Shown piece by piece: positions 35,911 through 44,600 of a stretch of 64,000 nt of DNA. Position 1 is the stretch's first letter. Each line of letters opens with the position of its first letter. Both the position numbers and the translations under genes were made by a program. The stretch is from an uncultured Granulosicoccaceae bacterium (GTDB lineage: Bacteria; Pseudomonadota; Gammaproteobacteria; Granulosicoccales; Granulosicoccaceae): NCBI GenBank assembly GCA_938035125.1, contig CALHNS010000005.1, positions 8,469 through 72,468 of the forward strand, given 5' to 3'. The notes below the pieces were generated by a model. That model saw only the letters and a list, made by a program, of their open reading frames with translations, was not told the DNA's origin and ran no database searches.

Positions 35911-36543
35911 TTGACGTTTGGAAAACTACTCATGGGAAAACGAACTTGGCATGCACAGGTTTATTTATCTATTGCATTACTCTTGACTAGCGCAACCGCT
36001 GGTGGAGAAAACCAGATCGACAAATTAACGTGCGAACGATTTCTTGATTACACGAATTCGCCTGATGCCATTGCAACCCCGTGGTATTCCGTCAATGATA
36101 ATGTTATGGGAGGGCGGTCGCTCGGATCTTTCCGTGTAGCAAACCAATCCTTAAATTTCTTTGGAAGCATTAACACCAATGGTGGCGGGTTTGCATCCAT
36201 ACGGCACGAACTGAAATCTAATCTGTTTAATGAATCAGATAGAATCCGACTATCAATACAATCAGATGGCAGGCCGTATAGCGTCAACATAAGAGACAAA
36301 GCCTCATCAACAGCGCGAATAGCGCATCGCTCTTCAATAAAAACAGCCGCTTCAAAAGAATTTCAAACTGTAGAGGTACTCTTTTCTGATCTTGTACCTA
36401 CATTTCGCGGGCGTATCGTAAAGGCTGATCAATTCAACCCCAATGAAGCCTTATCAATTTCACTGATGCTTAGCGATGTCGTTGACGGGCCATTTGCATT
36501 GAATATTCAATGGATAGATGTTTGTGGCGTAAAGGCCATATAG
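35911..36543 (+). CDS. CIA30 (complex I intermediate-associated protein 30-like) domain protein, exported
   Basis: WYSVNDNVMGGRSLGSF and GGGFASIR blocks. The track start is a TTG at 35911; the ATG at 35932 (MGKRTWHAQ...) is equally plausible. Confidence 0.7.
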   Translation: MTFGKLLMGKRTWHAQVYLSIALLLTSATAGGENQIDKLTCERFLDYTNSPDAIATPWYSVNDNVMGGRSLGSFRVANQSLNFFGSINTNGGGFASIRHELKSNLFNESDRIRLSIQSDGRPYSVNIRDKASSTARIAHRSSIKTAASKEFQTVEVLFSDLVPTFRGRIVKADQFNPNEALSISLMLSDVVDGPFALNIQWIDVCGVKAI

Positions 36544-36777
36544 CTATCGCTTGTGAATTCCTTCGCATTAAATTCGACAAACGCGTCACATACTCGCTTG
36601 CAAAGATAACCGCTACATTCCTTAACAGTCTCCCACAGTCTGATTATTAATACGGACCTTAAGCATTTAACTGCTGTGCCGTTATTAATTTCAAGTCTAG
36701 CTTCTTAAACAAAGCCCGCGACGGATTTTGCTTGGGCGGGAAGCAATGGAAATCGCTCAGATTCTTAGGAATGTACC

Positions 36778-37812
36778 ATGAACCCCATATACAAACGCGC
36801 ATGCGCAGGCCCACTGTTATTATCTGCTTTGATCTTCACAGGTTGTGCAAGCTTTTCAAACCAACCCAGTTTGAACGCTGAAACCGATCGTGTTCAAGAT
36901 CATTTATATGCAGGTATTGGCTTTGGTAGCAGCTGGAAAAATCCAGATGTAGGCACCACTGATTTCGATGTAAACGATCGAGTTAATGGCAGCGGCCAGC
37001 TAACGGTAGGTATGGACTTAAGCCGTCAAGCTGCAATTGAACTGCACACAGCTGACTTAGGCAGTGCAGGCTTTGAGAACGGCGGGCGCATTGATTATAA
37101 CGTTCACGGTGGTAGCGTATTATTGTACGCTGGCAAGAATCGTCACAACTTTAAACGTCGCGGTTTTAGTGGGTTTGCTCGTGCAGGCGTAGGTTACTTA
37201 CAAAATAGCACTCAAGGCGTTCCGTTCCGCAGAGTTAACGAAGCTCATGTATTGGTAGGTGCTGGCCTTGAATATATGTTCAGCTCTGGCTTAGGTTTGC
37301 GTTTAGAAGGTATCTCTTTTGAAGAAGATGCACGTTACGGCCAACTGGGTGTTGTTTATCGCACAGGTCGCCGACCAGAGCGTCGCATCCAACAAGTAGA
37401 AGCACCTGCACCCGCTCCTGCGCCAACACCTGTTGTGGCAGCAGCCATCGTAGAAGAGCCTGATTTATGCACAGGCTTCTCTGGTAGCCTTGAAGGTGTG
37501 AATTTCCATAATGATTCTGCCGATCTAACGCCTGAAGCGATCAACATTTTAGATAACGTTGCCACAAACCTTGCTGATTGCCCAGCGATCGGAATCACGG
37601 TTTCAGCTCACACAGACAGTAATGGTTCTGATGAGTACAACCAAGCATTGTCTGAACGTCGCGCTCATGCCGTATCACAGCATTTAGAAAGCTACGGTAT
37701 AAATAGAGAACGTTTACGAGCAACTGCTTTCGGTGAATCTCAGCCAATAGACACGAACGATACCTCTTTCGGCAGAAGCCGTAACCGACGAGTAGAACTA
37801 TTGACACAGTGA
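36778..37812 (+). CDS. OmpA-family outer-membrane lipoprotein (small beta-barrel + Pro/Ala hinge + OmpA_C peptidoglycan-binding domain)
   Basis: Lipobox IFTGC. Alternating beta-strand pattern ending YRTG, hinge APAPAPAPTP. OmpA_C blocks GVNFHNDSADL, TVSAHTDSNGSDEYNQALSERRA, NRRVEL. Confidence 0.85.
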   Translation: MNPIYKRACAGPLLLSALIFTGCASFSNQPSLNAETDRVQDHLYAGIGFGSSWKNPDVGTTDFDVNDRVNGSGQLTVGMDLSRQAAIELHTADLGSAGFENGGRIDYNVHGGSVLLYAGKNRHNFKRRGFSGFARAGVGYLQNSTQGVPFRRVNEAHVLVGAGLEYMFSSGLGLRLEGISFEEDARYGQLGVVYRTGRRPERRIQQVEAPAPAPAPTPVVAAAIVEEPDLCTGFSGSLEGVNFHNDSADLTPEAINILDNVATNLADCPAIGITVSAHTDSNGSDEYNQALSERRAHAVSQHLESYGINRERLRATAFGESQPIDTNDTSFGRSRNRRVELLTQ

Positions 37813-37814
37813 TT

Positions 37815-37876
37815 GTTCTTTAAATAAGAACTCTTTTTTGAAGAAAAGGCTGCGAATAATTCGCAGCCTTTTTTTT
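37815..37876 (+). terminator. two tandem rho-independent terminators
   Basis: GTTCTT/AAGAAC followed by TCTTTTTT (37815-37839). GGCTGCGAA/TTCGCAGCC followed by TTTTTTTT (37848-37876). Confidence 0.75.
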
Positions 37877-38067
37877 ACCCACAGTATTAAACCCTACTTT
37901 AGTACCAACTCGATTCCGTTCAAATTCGAAGAAGAATTTTGTAAATCAACGTGAACTAAGGCTTTTCGCATTTCTTTGGCATAGAACTTCCTTGGAAAAA
38001 CGCAAACCCTCCCCGCTCAGTGGTTATTACAGCGGTGAATCAACAACCACTGCATAGTGAACTTCAC

Positions 38068-39171
38068 ATGAATCTATCTCCTTTATCCCGGCTGACCATT
38101 GCAGGTGTAGCCATCGCGTTAACTTCCGCGTGCTCAATGTTTTCAACTCAGTCAAGTAGCGCTCCAAGCCTACGACAGAATACGACAACAACGACTACCT
38201 ACGATGATGACCGCATAAAGCGCCACTTTTACGCAGGCATAGGAATTGGCCCTTCTCGTACAGATCCCGATACCAGCCAAGTGCCAGGCATCGATGTTAA
38301 CGAGCGGGTTGATAACGGCGGACAATTGACTCTAGGTGTTGATCTTTCCCGTCAACTTTCCTTAGAGCTTCACACAACCGATTTAGGCAGTGCTGGGTTG
38401 AACAACGACTCACGCATCAACTACAACATTCACGGTGGTAGCGCCTTATTTTATGTGGGTAAGAACCGTCACAATTTCAAACGTCGTGGCTTCAGTGGCT
38501 ACGGCCGATTAGGTTATGCATTCCTACAAAATTCAGCTGAAGGCAATGTGGATTTTGAAAAAGTTAATGCCACTCATTTCTTGTTTGGCGCTGGCTTAGA
38601 ATATATGACTCGAATCGGTTTAGGCTTACGCTTAGAAGGTATCGCATTTGATGAAGACGCACGTTACGCACAATTGGGCTTAATTTATCGCACTGGCAAA
38701 CGCAGTCGCACACGCCAAATCGTACAAGCGCCAGTTGCTCCAGAACCCGTAGTTATCGCGCCTGTGCCAGCTATTGTTACTCCTGAAGTGGTTTACGAGC
38801 CAGAACCCGTTTTCGTTGATAACACCTGTAGCGATTTCTCTGGCACGTTAGAAGGCGTAGGTTTCCACACCGATTCTGCAAATCTAACCGATCAAGCTCA
38901 AGCTATTTTAGATAACGTAGCTTTTCGATTGGCCGAATGCCCAACCACACCAGTGGCAATTTCTGCGCACACTGATAGCGTGGGTGATGACGATTACAAT
39001 CAAAACCTATCTAGAGAACGCGCTAAATCCGTTTTACGCTTCTTAGTGAATCGCGGCATTGACATTAGCCGAGTTCAAGCACGCGCTTTCGGTGAATCGC
39101 GCCCTATCGATACTAACGACACAGCAGAAGGACGCAAGCGCAATCGCCGCGTAGAACTCTTCGCACAATAA
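38068..39171 (+). CDS. OmpA-family outer-membrane lipoprotein, paralogue of 36778..37812
   Basis: ORF track starts at a GTG at 38020. I prefer the ATG at 38068 (MNLSPLSRLTIAGVAIALTSAC, lipobox). Same barrel / hinge / OmpA_C layout, with long collinear identical stretches (GKNRHNFKRRGFSG, LRLEGI.F.EDARY.QLG..YRTG). Confidence 0.85.
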   Translation: MNLSPLSRLTIAGVAIALTSACSMFSTQSSSAPSLRQNTTTTTTYDDDRIKRHFYAGIGIGPSRTDPDTSQVPGIDVNERVDNGGQLTLGVDLSRQLSLELHTTDLGSAGLNNDSRINYNIHGGSALFYVGKNRHNFKRRGFSGYGRLGYAFLQNSAEGNVDFEKVNATHFLFGAGLEYMTRIGLGLRLEGIAFDEDARYAQLGLIYRTGKRSRTRQIVQAPVAPEPVVIAPVPAIVTPEVVYEPEPVFVDNTCSDFSGTLEGVGFHTDSANLTDQAQAILDNVAFRLAECPTTPVAISAHTDSVGDDDYNQNLSRERAKSVLRFLVNRGIDISRVQARAFGESRPIDTNDTAEGRKRNRRVELFAQ

Positions 39172-39179
39172 AACGTTAC

Positions 39180-39209
39180 AGCCCAAGCATTGTCACCAAT
39201 GCTTGGGCT
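39180..39209 (+). terminator. perfect 12-bp stem-loop after the second OmpA gene (no U-tract)
   Basis: AGCCCAAGCATT/AATGCTTGGGCT with 6-nt loop GTCACC, followed by ACAAATTC. Confidence 0.45.
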
Positions 39210-39237
39210 ACAAATTCTAGTGGTATCCGAAACAGCC

Positions 39238-39254
39238 GGTTTCAATTTGAAACC
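39238..39254. promoter_or_regulatory. 17-bp palindrome GGTTTCAA-T-TTGAAACC 22 nt upstream of the giant gene's ATG
   Basis: Read directly: perfect 8-bp arms with a 1-nt spacer. Too short a loop for an RNA hairpin, so it is better read as a dimeric protein-binding site. Confidence 0.4.
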
Positions 39255-39275
39255 TCTAATTCAAAGCCAAAAAAA

Positions 39276-42200
39276 ATGAACACAAAACTTTTACCTTTAG
39301 TTGTTTTACTAGGGCTTACCTCGCCCGCGATGGTTCTTGCGAATACCGATACAGACAACGACGGTATTCTGGATATTATCGATACCGATGATGATAACGA
39401 TGGCATTCTAGATGTGGATGAAGGCCTTGCCTTAGGGAACCATTTAGCGAACGGTACTTTCGCTAATTTTGATCCAACACTTGCTACCACTTCATTTGGT
39501 TTATCGGGAACAGCACAGGCGCATTATTTCCATGGAAGCGATGTTCTGGCCTGGCATACAACGGCTAGTCAAGACACGATAGAGATCTGGGAATCAGGTC
39601 ACAGCGGTGTTGTTTCTGCTGAAGGCCCATCTCATGTTGAAATAAACAGTAACCAAGAAGGGGCTCTTTTCCAAGATTTTATAACCGTACCTGGTGAAAC
39701 TATTCGCTGGAGTTTATGGCACCGTGGTCGCTTCGGCACGGATACTATAGCGGTGAAAATCGGCAACACCAACTCAACGATAACCAACCTACCTGTGGAA
39801 GCCACAATCAGCACAGATCAAACGGCGTGGGTTCAATACCATGGTGAGTATATCGTTCCAGTTGGACAAACAGTCTCACGGCTTGCTATTGAAGCCGTAT
39901 CTTCAGCCACAGGAGACTTAAGGTTAGGAAATTTCGTTGACGATATTCGAGTGGAAGTATTGTCAGGGGTTGATACAGATGCCGATGGCATTCCCGATCA
40001 TCTAGATACAGATTCAGATCACGACGGTGTTCCAGATGCTATAGAAGGCAACGTTGATTCTGATAATGATGGAATCCCAGATTTTCGTGAAGATGACTCA
40101 GACGATGATGGCGTTCCCGACGGCATTGAAGGCACAGATGATAACGACAACGATGGTATCCCAGATTATTTAGATATTGAATCAGATGGCGATGGCATCT
40201 TCGATGCGTTTGAAGCAGGCCCCAACCCTAAAGACCCCATTGATACCGATGGCGATGGCTTATTTGATTTTGAAGACTTAGATTCAGATGGTGATGGCAT
40301 TCCAGATTCTGTAGAAAGTGTAGATACCGGAGACACCGACACAGACGGTGACGGTACACCTGACTTTCAAGATACTGATTCTGATAACGATGGCATCCCT
40401 GACGCGATAGAAGGCACGGTTGACACAGATGGTGACACTGTACCTAACTACTTAGATTTAGATTCTGACAACGACAGTTTGCCCGATAGCATGGAAGCCG
40501 GTGCATCACCGACGGCACCTGTTGACACCGATAATGACGGGGCACCCGACTACGTTGATTTAGATTCTGACGCTGACACCATTCCAGATTCTGTTGAATT
40601 AGCACCCGATACTGATTTAGATGGCGTACCTAATTATCAAGATACAGATTCGGACGGCGATACGATTCCCGACAATGTTGAAGCTGCTGGCACTCCCGGT
40701 ACGGCTGATACCGATAACGATGGCGCACCCGACTTTTTAGACACAGACTCTGATGCCGATGGCATTGACGATGCAGTTGAAGCTGGTTCTACACCTACCT
40801 CTCCGGTAGATACAGATAATGATGGATCGCCTGACTATCAAGACATTGATTCAGACAATGACGGCATAACCGATGGCCTAGAGGGAGATTCAGATAACGA
40901 CGGCATTCCTGATGCTATTGAAGTCGGGTTTGACACCGACGCCGACGGTATTCCTAACAACCTAGACATCGATTCAGATAATGATGGCATTCCAGATTCA
41001 GTTGAATCATCCATTGATACCGATGGCGACGGCATACCCAACTATTTAGATTTAGATTCTGACAACGACGGCTTACCTGATAATTTAGAAGCCGGTGATA
41101 CAGATGCAGACGGCGACGGCATTGTTGATGGTTTTGCCGACACCAATGCTGACGGTATGGACGATGCAACTCAGCTGACCGCGTTGCCTCTGCCCGATTC
41201 AGATACCGACTCAACACCTGACTACCTCGATATTGATTCAGATGACGACGGTTTAACCGATGCATTCGAAGCACAAGGCGCGGACGCAGACTGGAACGGA
41301 GAAATTGATGGCTTTACCGATGCTAATGGCAACGGCTTAGCCGATTCAGTTGATGCCGCTGCTCTTCCAAACCCCGACTCTGATGGCGACGGTGTTGTTG
41401 ATGTACTCGATGTTGATTCAGACAACGATGCTATTCCAGACAGCGTGGAAGATGCTATCGATTCAGATGGCGATGGCGTCTTCAACTATTTGGATGTTGA
41501 TTCAGACAGCGACGGCATTCCTGATGCCGATGAAGCGAACCTCGACACCGATAATGATGGTGTACCTAACAACTTAGATATTGATTCTGATAATGACGGA
41601 ATTCCAGACGTTATCGAAACAGCTGTTGACACAGACGGAGACGGCATTCCTAATAATCAAGACTTAGATTCGGATAACGATGGCTTACCTGATAACTGGG
41701 AAGCCGGTGATGTGGACGCCGATGGAAACGGAATCGTTGATGGGTTTACTGATTCTGACGGCGACGGAATGGACGATGCAACCTTTAGCGAACCGTTACC
41801 ACTACCCGATTCCGATGGCGATTCAATACCAAACTATTTGGATATCGACTCAGACAACGACGGCTTAACCGATGCGTTTGAAGCACAAGGTTCGGATGCC
41901 GATACCGATGGAATAATCGATGGCTATACCGACTCAAATGGTAATGGCTTAGCCGATTCGGTTGATGCCACTGCGTTACTCAACCCAGATTCTGACGGTG
42001 ATGGTGCGGTTGACGTACTGGACCTAGATTCTGACAACGACACCATCCCAGATGCAGTGGAAGGCGCAGTTGATACTGATTCCGATAACGTCTTCGATTA
42101 TTTGGATTTAGATTCAGACGACGACAGCTTGCCGGATTCAACTGAAGCAGGAAGTAACCCTTCTGTTCCTGAAGACGCTGATGGTAACGGCACAGCCGAT

Positions 42201-43376
42201 TACTTAGAGCCACCAGCTCCGGCTCCGGCTCCAGCTCCAGCTCCAGCTCCAGCTCCAGCTCCAGCTCCAGCTCCAGCTCCAGCTCCAGCTCCAGCTCCGG
42301 CTCCAGCTCCAGCTCCAGCTCCAGCTCCGGCTCCAGCTCCAGCTCCGGCACCTGTGGCTCCAGTACCTACACCTACGCCTGCTCCATTGGACAGCGATGG
42401 TGATGGCATCCTAGATTCACTAGAAGGCACGGTAGATACGGATGGAGATGGCACGCCAGATTATCTGGACATCGATTCAGACAACGATGGCCTTTTGGAT
42501 ACTGACGAGGCTGGCGCTGATAAAGCCAATCCTCTGGACACAGACGGTGATTCAATTCCTGATCACTTAGATCTTGATTCAGACAACGACGGTTTAACCG
42601 ATGCGTTTGAAGCGGGTGGTGACGATCTTAATGCTGACGGTGTTATTGATGGTTTTACCGACACAAACGGCGATGGTCACGATGATGGTGTTGGCGTAAT
42701 TGCTCTACCTGACCCTGACTTTGACGGTGACGGTATCGTTAACCACTTAGATTTAGATAGTGATAACGATGGCTTACCCGATATATTGGAAACGCAAGGT
42801 GTTCTAGCCGATCAAGACAGTAACGGGATTATTGATAATTTCACCGATACTGATAATAACGGCTTAGATGACAACGTCAACGCCAACATTACATTAGACA
42901 CAGACAGCGATAACGCTCCGAATCATCTGGACATTGATTCAGATGGAGACCAGCTGTTTGACTTAGTGGAAGCTGGCGGTACCGATGCGGATAACAACGG
43001 TATTGTCGATGATTGGGTAGATACTGACGGCGATGGCATACCAGACTTTGCCGATGCAGATTTTACGCAAGGCTTGGATGCAAACGCTGACGGCGTAATT
43101 GATTCAATTGGCATCACCTTCGGAGACGGCTTCCAGCCGATCAACGTCAATGGTACAACGCTTCAATTCAATGAATTGCCTGATTTGAATGGGAACTCAA
43201 TTGCGGATGTCTTGGAAATCTCCTTACCTGAACAAGCCACTGCAGGTCGAATTTTGACAGGCTTGGAAGGCAGCGGATGCTCTGTAAACCCTGCATCTAA
43301 CGTTAAGGACCCTGCATTGTCACTCATGGCCTTGCTCTCTTCATTGATTTTTTGGAGACGTCGCCGAACTCGATAA
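39276..43376 (+). CDS. giant hyper-acidic secreted protein: N-terminal beta-sandwich-like domain, dozens of thrombospondin type-3 (Ca-binding DxDxDGxxDxxD) repeats, (Pro-Ala)n hinge, C-terminal sorting-signal-like tail
   Basis: Uninterrupted 1366-aa ORF. Signal peptide MNTKLLPLVVLLGLTSPAMVLA. Repeats of the form DTDNDGIPD / DLDSDNDGLPD run throughout. Terminator immediately downstream. Confidence 0.85.
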   Translation: MNTKLLPLVVLLGLTSPAMVLANTDTDNDGILDIIDTDDDNDGILDVDEGLALGNHLANGTFANFDPTLATTSFGLSGTAQAHYFHGSDVLAWHTTASQDTIEIWESGHSGVVSAEGPSHVEINSNQEGALFQDFITVPGETIRWSLWHRGRFGTDTIAVKIGNTNSTITNLPVEATISTDQTAWVQYHGEYIVPVGQTVSRLAIEAVSSATGDLRLGNFVDDIRVEVLSGVDTDADGIPDHLDTDSDHDGVPDAIEGNVDSDNDGIPDFREDDSDDDGVPDGIEGTDDNDNDGIPDYLDIESDGDGIFDAFEAGPNPKDPIDTDGDGLFDFEDLDSDGDGIPDSVESVDTGDTDTDGDGTPDFQDTDSDNDGIPDAIEGTVDTDGDTVPNYLDLDSDNDSLPDSMEAGASPTAPVDTDNDGAPDYVDLDSDADTIPDSVELAPDTDLDGVPNYQDTDSDGDTIPDNVEAAGTPGTADTDNDGAPDFLDTDSDADGIDDAVEAGSTPTSPVDTDNDGSPDYQDIDSDNDGITDGLEGDSDNDGIPDAIEVGFDTDADGIPNNLDIDSDNDGIPDSVESSIDTDGDGIPNYLDLDSDNDGLPDNLEAGDTDADGDGIVDGFADTNADGMDDATQLTALPLPDSDTDSTPDYLDIDSDDDGLTDAFEAQGADADWNGEIDGFTDANGNGLADSVDAAALPNPDSDGDGVVDVLDVDSDNDAIPDSVEDAIDSDGDGVFNYLDVDSDSDGIPDADEANLDTDNDGVPNNLDIDSDNDGIPDVIETAVDTDGDGIPNNQDLDSDNDGLPDNWEAGDVDADGNGIVDGFTDSDGDGMDDATFSEPLPLPDSDGDSIPNYLDIDSDNDGLTDAFEAQGSDADTDGIIDGYTDSNGNGLADSVDATALLNPDSDGDGAVDVLDLDSDNDTIPDAVEGAVDTDSDNVFDYLDLDSDDDSLPDSTEAGSNPSVPEDADGNGTADYLEPPAPAPAPAPAPAPAPAPAPAPAPAPAPAPAPAPAPAPAPAPAPAPAPVAPVPTPTPAPLDSDGDGILDSLEGTVDTDGDGTPDYLDIDSDNDGLLDTDEAGADKANPLDTDGDSIPDHLDLDSDNDGLTDAFEAGGDDLNADGVIDGFTDTNGDGHDDGVGVIALPDPDFDGDGIVNHLDLDSDNDGLPDILETQGVLADQDSNGIIDNFTDTDNNGLDDNVNANITLDTDSDNAPNHLDIDSDGDQLFDLVEAGGTDADNNGIVDDWVDTDGDGIPDFADADFTQGLDANADGVIDSIGITFGDGFQPINVNGTTLQFNELPDLNGNSIADVLEISLPEQATAGRILTGLEGSGCSVNPASNVKDPALSLMALLSSLIFWRRRRTR
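40932..42155 (+). repeat. in-frame tandem duplication of a ~612-bp (~204-aa) block inside the giant gene
   Basis: Copy 1 starts DTDADGIPNNLDIDSDNDGIPDSVE (40932). Copy 2 starts DTDNDGVPNNLDIDSDNDGIPDVIE (41544). They are collinear over the whole block and very roughly three-quarters identical by eye. Confidence 0.75.
42214..42350 (+). repeat. hexanucleotide microsatellite (GCTCCR)n encoding about 22-23 Pro-Ala dipeptides
   Basis: Read directly: an uninterrupted run of CCAGCT/CCGGCT units, in frame within the giant gene. Confidence 0.9.
43269..43373 (+). other. C-terminal tripartite sorting-signal-like tail of the giant protein
   Basis: GSGCS motif, 13-residue spacer, hydrophobic helix ALSLMALLSSLIFW, basic cluster RRRRTR, then stop. 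Confidence 0.6.
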
Positions 43377-43399
43377 ACATAACGTTTATTCGATAGATA

Positions 43400-43431
43400 A
43401 AAAGCCTCTGTATTAACAGGGGCTTTTTTTT
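43400..43431 (+). terminator. rho-independent terminator of the giant gene
   Basis: AGCCTCTG/CAGGGGCT stem (one G-U), 6-nt loop, eight T residues. Confidence 0.8.
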
Positions 43432-43677
43432 GCGTAGGTGTTTTTTTACGGAACTTTTTTATAGCGTATGTTTTTATAGAATTCGATTTAACACTTGAGC
43501 TTATCTCAAAAATTCGTCATGATTATTCATTCATTTTTCTAACGAGGGTTTAACACTACATTGATGTGAATGACATTAGAGTGGTTACCAAGAATCTGCA
43601 ACTTTAATCACTCATCCAAATATCAACAATAAATCAACAACATAAAAACATTTAACAACCACGTAGGCACCACCACT

Positions 43678-44532
43678 ATGAATCGACTTTCCAAAACTCT
43701 GATTGGCACGGTTGTATTGGCTTCATCCACAACCTACGCATTGGCACAAAGCACTGGCAATCTTCCTCAACGTTCAATCGTAGAAATCGCCGATAATATT
43801 TATCGCTTACAAAACAATCGCCACTATTCATTACTTGTTATCACTGATGAAGGTGCCGTTGTTACCGACCCTATCAATTCTGGTATGGCCACGTACATAT
43901 TAGATCAAGTCCATAACCTAACAGATCAACCAGTAACCCACTTAATTTACAGCCACAGCCACGGCGATCACGCCTCTGGCGGTGCTTTATTAGCCAGTGA
44001 TTCTGAAGTCATAGCACACGCTAACGCACCAGAGCGAATCGACGGCATTGCACCCACACTGCGTTTCGACGATACCCTAGAATTTTCGTTAGGCAACAAA
44101 AGCTTTGAACTCACCTACCTCGGGCCCGGCCACGGAGAAGATTTAATCGCCGTTGTTGTTCGGCCCGACAATGTAGCTTTCATTACTGATGCCGCCGCGC
44201 CTAAACGATTACCTTTTCGAAATTTTGGTGGTGCCAATATAGATGACTGGATTTCGCAAGTTAAGAAAATCAACGAATTAGATTTTGAAATCTTTGCCCC
44301 AGCACACGGAGATGTGGGCACCAAAGAAGATGCAAAGGATGTACTGAGCTACATGGAAACATTGCGTGCAGAGGTGCTTAATGGCCTTCAGACCGGAATG
44401 AGCATGGAAGAAATACAACAGAATGTGGTTATGGAAGATTACAGCGACTGGAACCAATACGAAAGCTGGCTACCCATGAACATTCAGGGAATGGCTAATT
44501 TTCTCATTTCAAGTGGTCAAGTTTCAAAGTAA
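43678..44532 (+). CDS. exported MBL-fold metallo-hydrolase
   Basis: 284 aa. Signal peptide ...TYALAQS, HSHGDH zinc motif, later HG and H ligands. Confidence 0.85.
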   Translation: MNRLSKTLIGTVVLASSTTYALAQSTGNLPQRSIVEIADNIYRLQNNRHYSLLVITDEGAVVTDPINSGMATYILDQVHNLTDQPVTHLIYSHSHGDHASGGALLASDSEVIAHANAPERIDGIAPTLRFDDTLEFSLGNKSFELTYLGPGHGEDLIAVVVRPDNVAFITDAAAPKRLPFRNFGGANIDDWISQVKKINELDFEIFAPAHGDVGTKEDAKDVLSYMETLRAEVLNGLQTGMSMEEIQQNVVMEDYSDWNQYESWLPMNIQGMANFLISSGQVSK

Positions 44533-44600
44533 TAGCTCTATATCGCAGCAGCCCGCCATCGGTGGGCTGCTCGGCACGCACACCCACGTTGAAAATAATA

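Noticed and set aside
40838-42555. Several long minus-strand ORFs inside the giant gene (40838..41041, 40954..41274, 41222..41485, 41980..42351, 42200..42454, 42373..42555), plus plus-strand off-frame ORFs (41350..41577, 41680..41868).
   Set aside because: Their products are low-complexity mirror images of the GAY-GGC-rich and GCTCCR repeats, for example (GA)n and (LE)n. They have no independent start context and lie fully within a coherent 1366-aa frame. They are artefacts of repetitive codon usage.
43487-43557. Direct 9-bp repeat TTTAACACT at 43487-43495 and 43549-43557 in the AT-rich region upstream of the MBL hydrolase gene.
   Set aside because: A single exact 9-mer recurrence in ~300 bp of AT-rich DNA is not clearly beyond chance. 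There is no palindromic structure.
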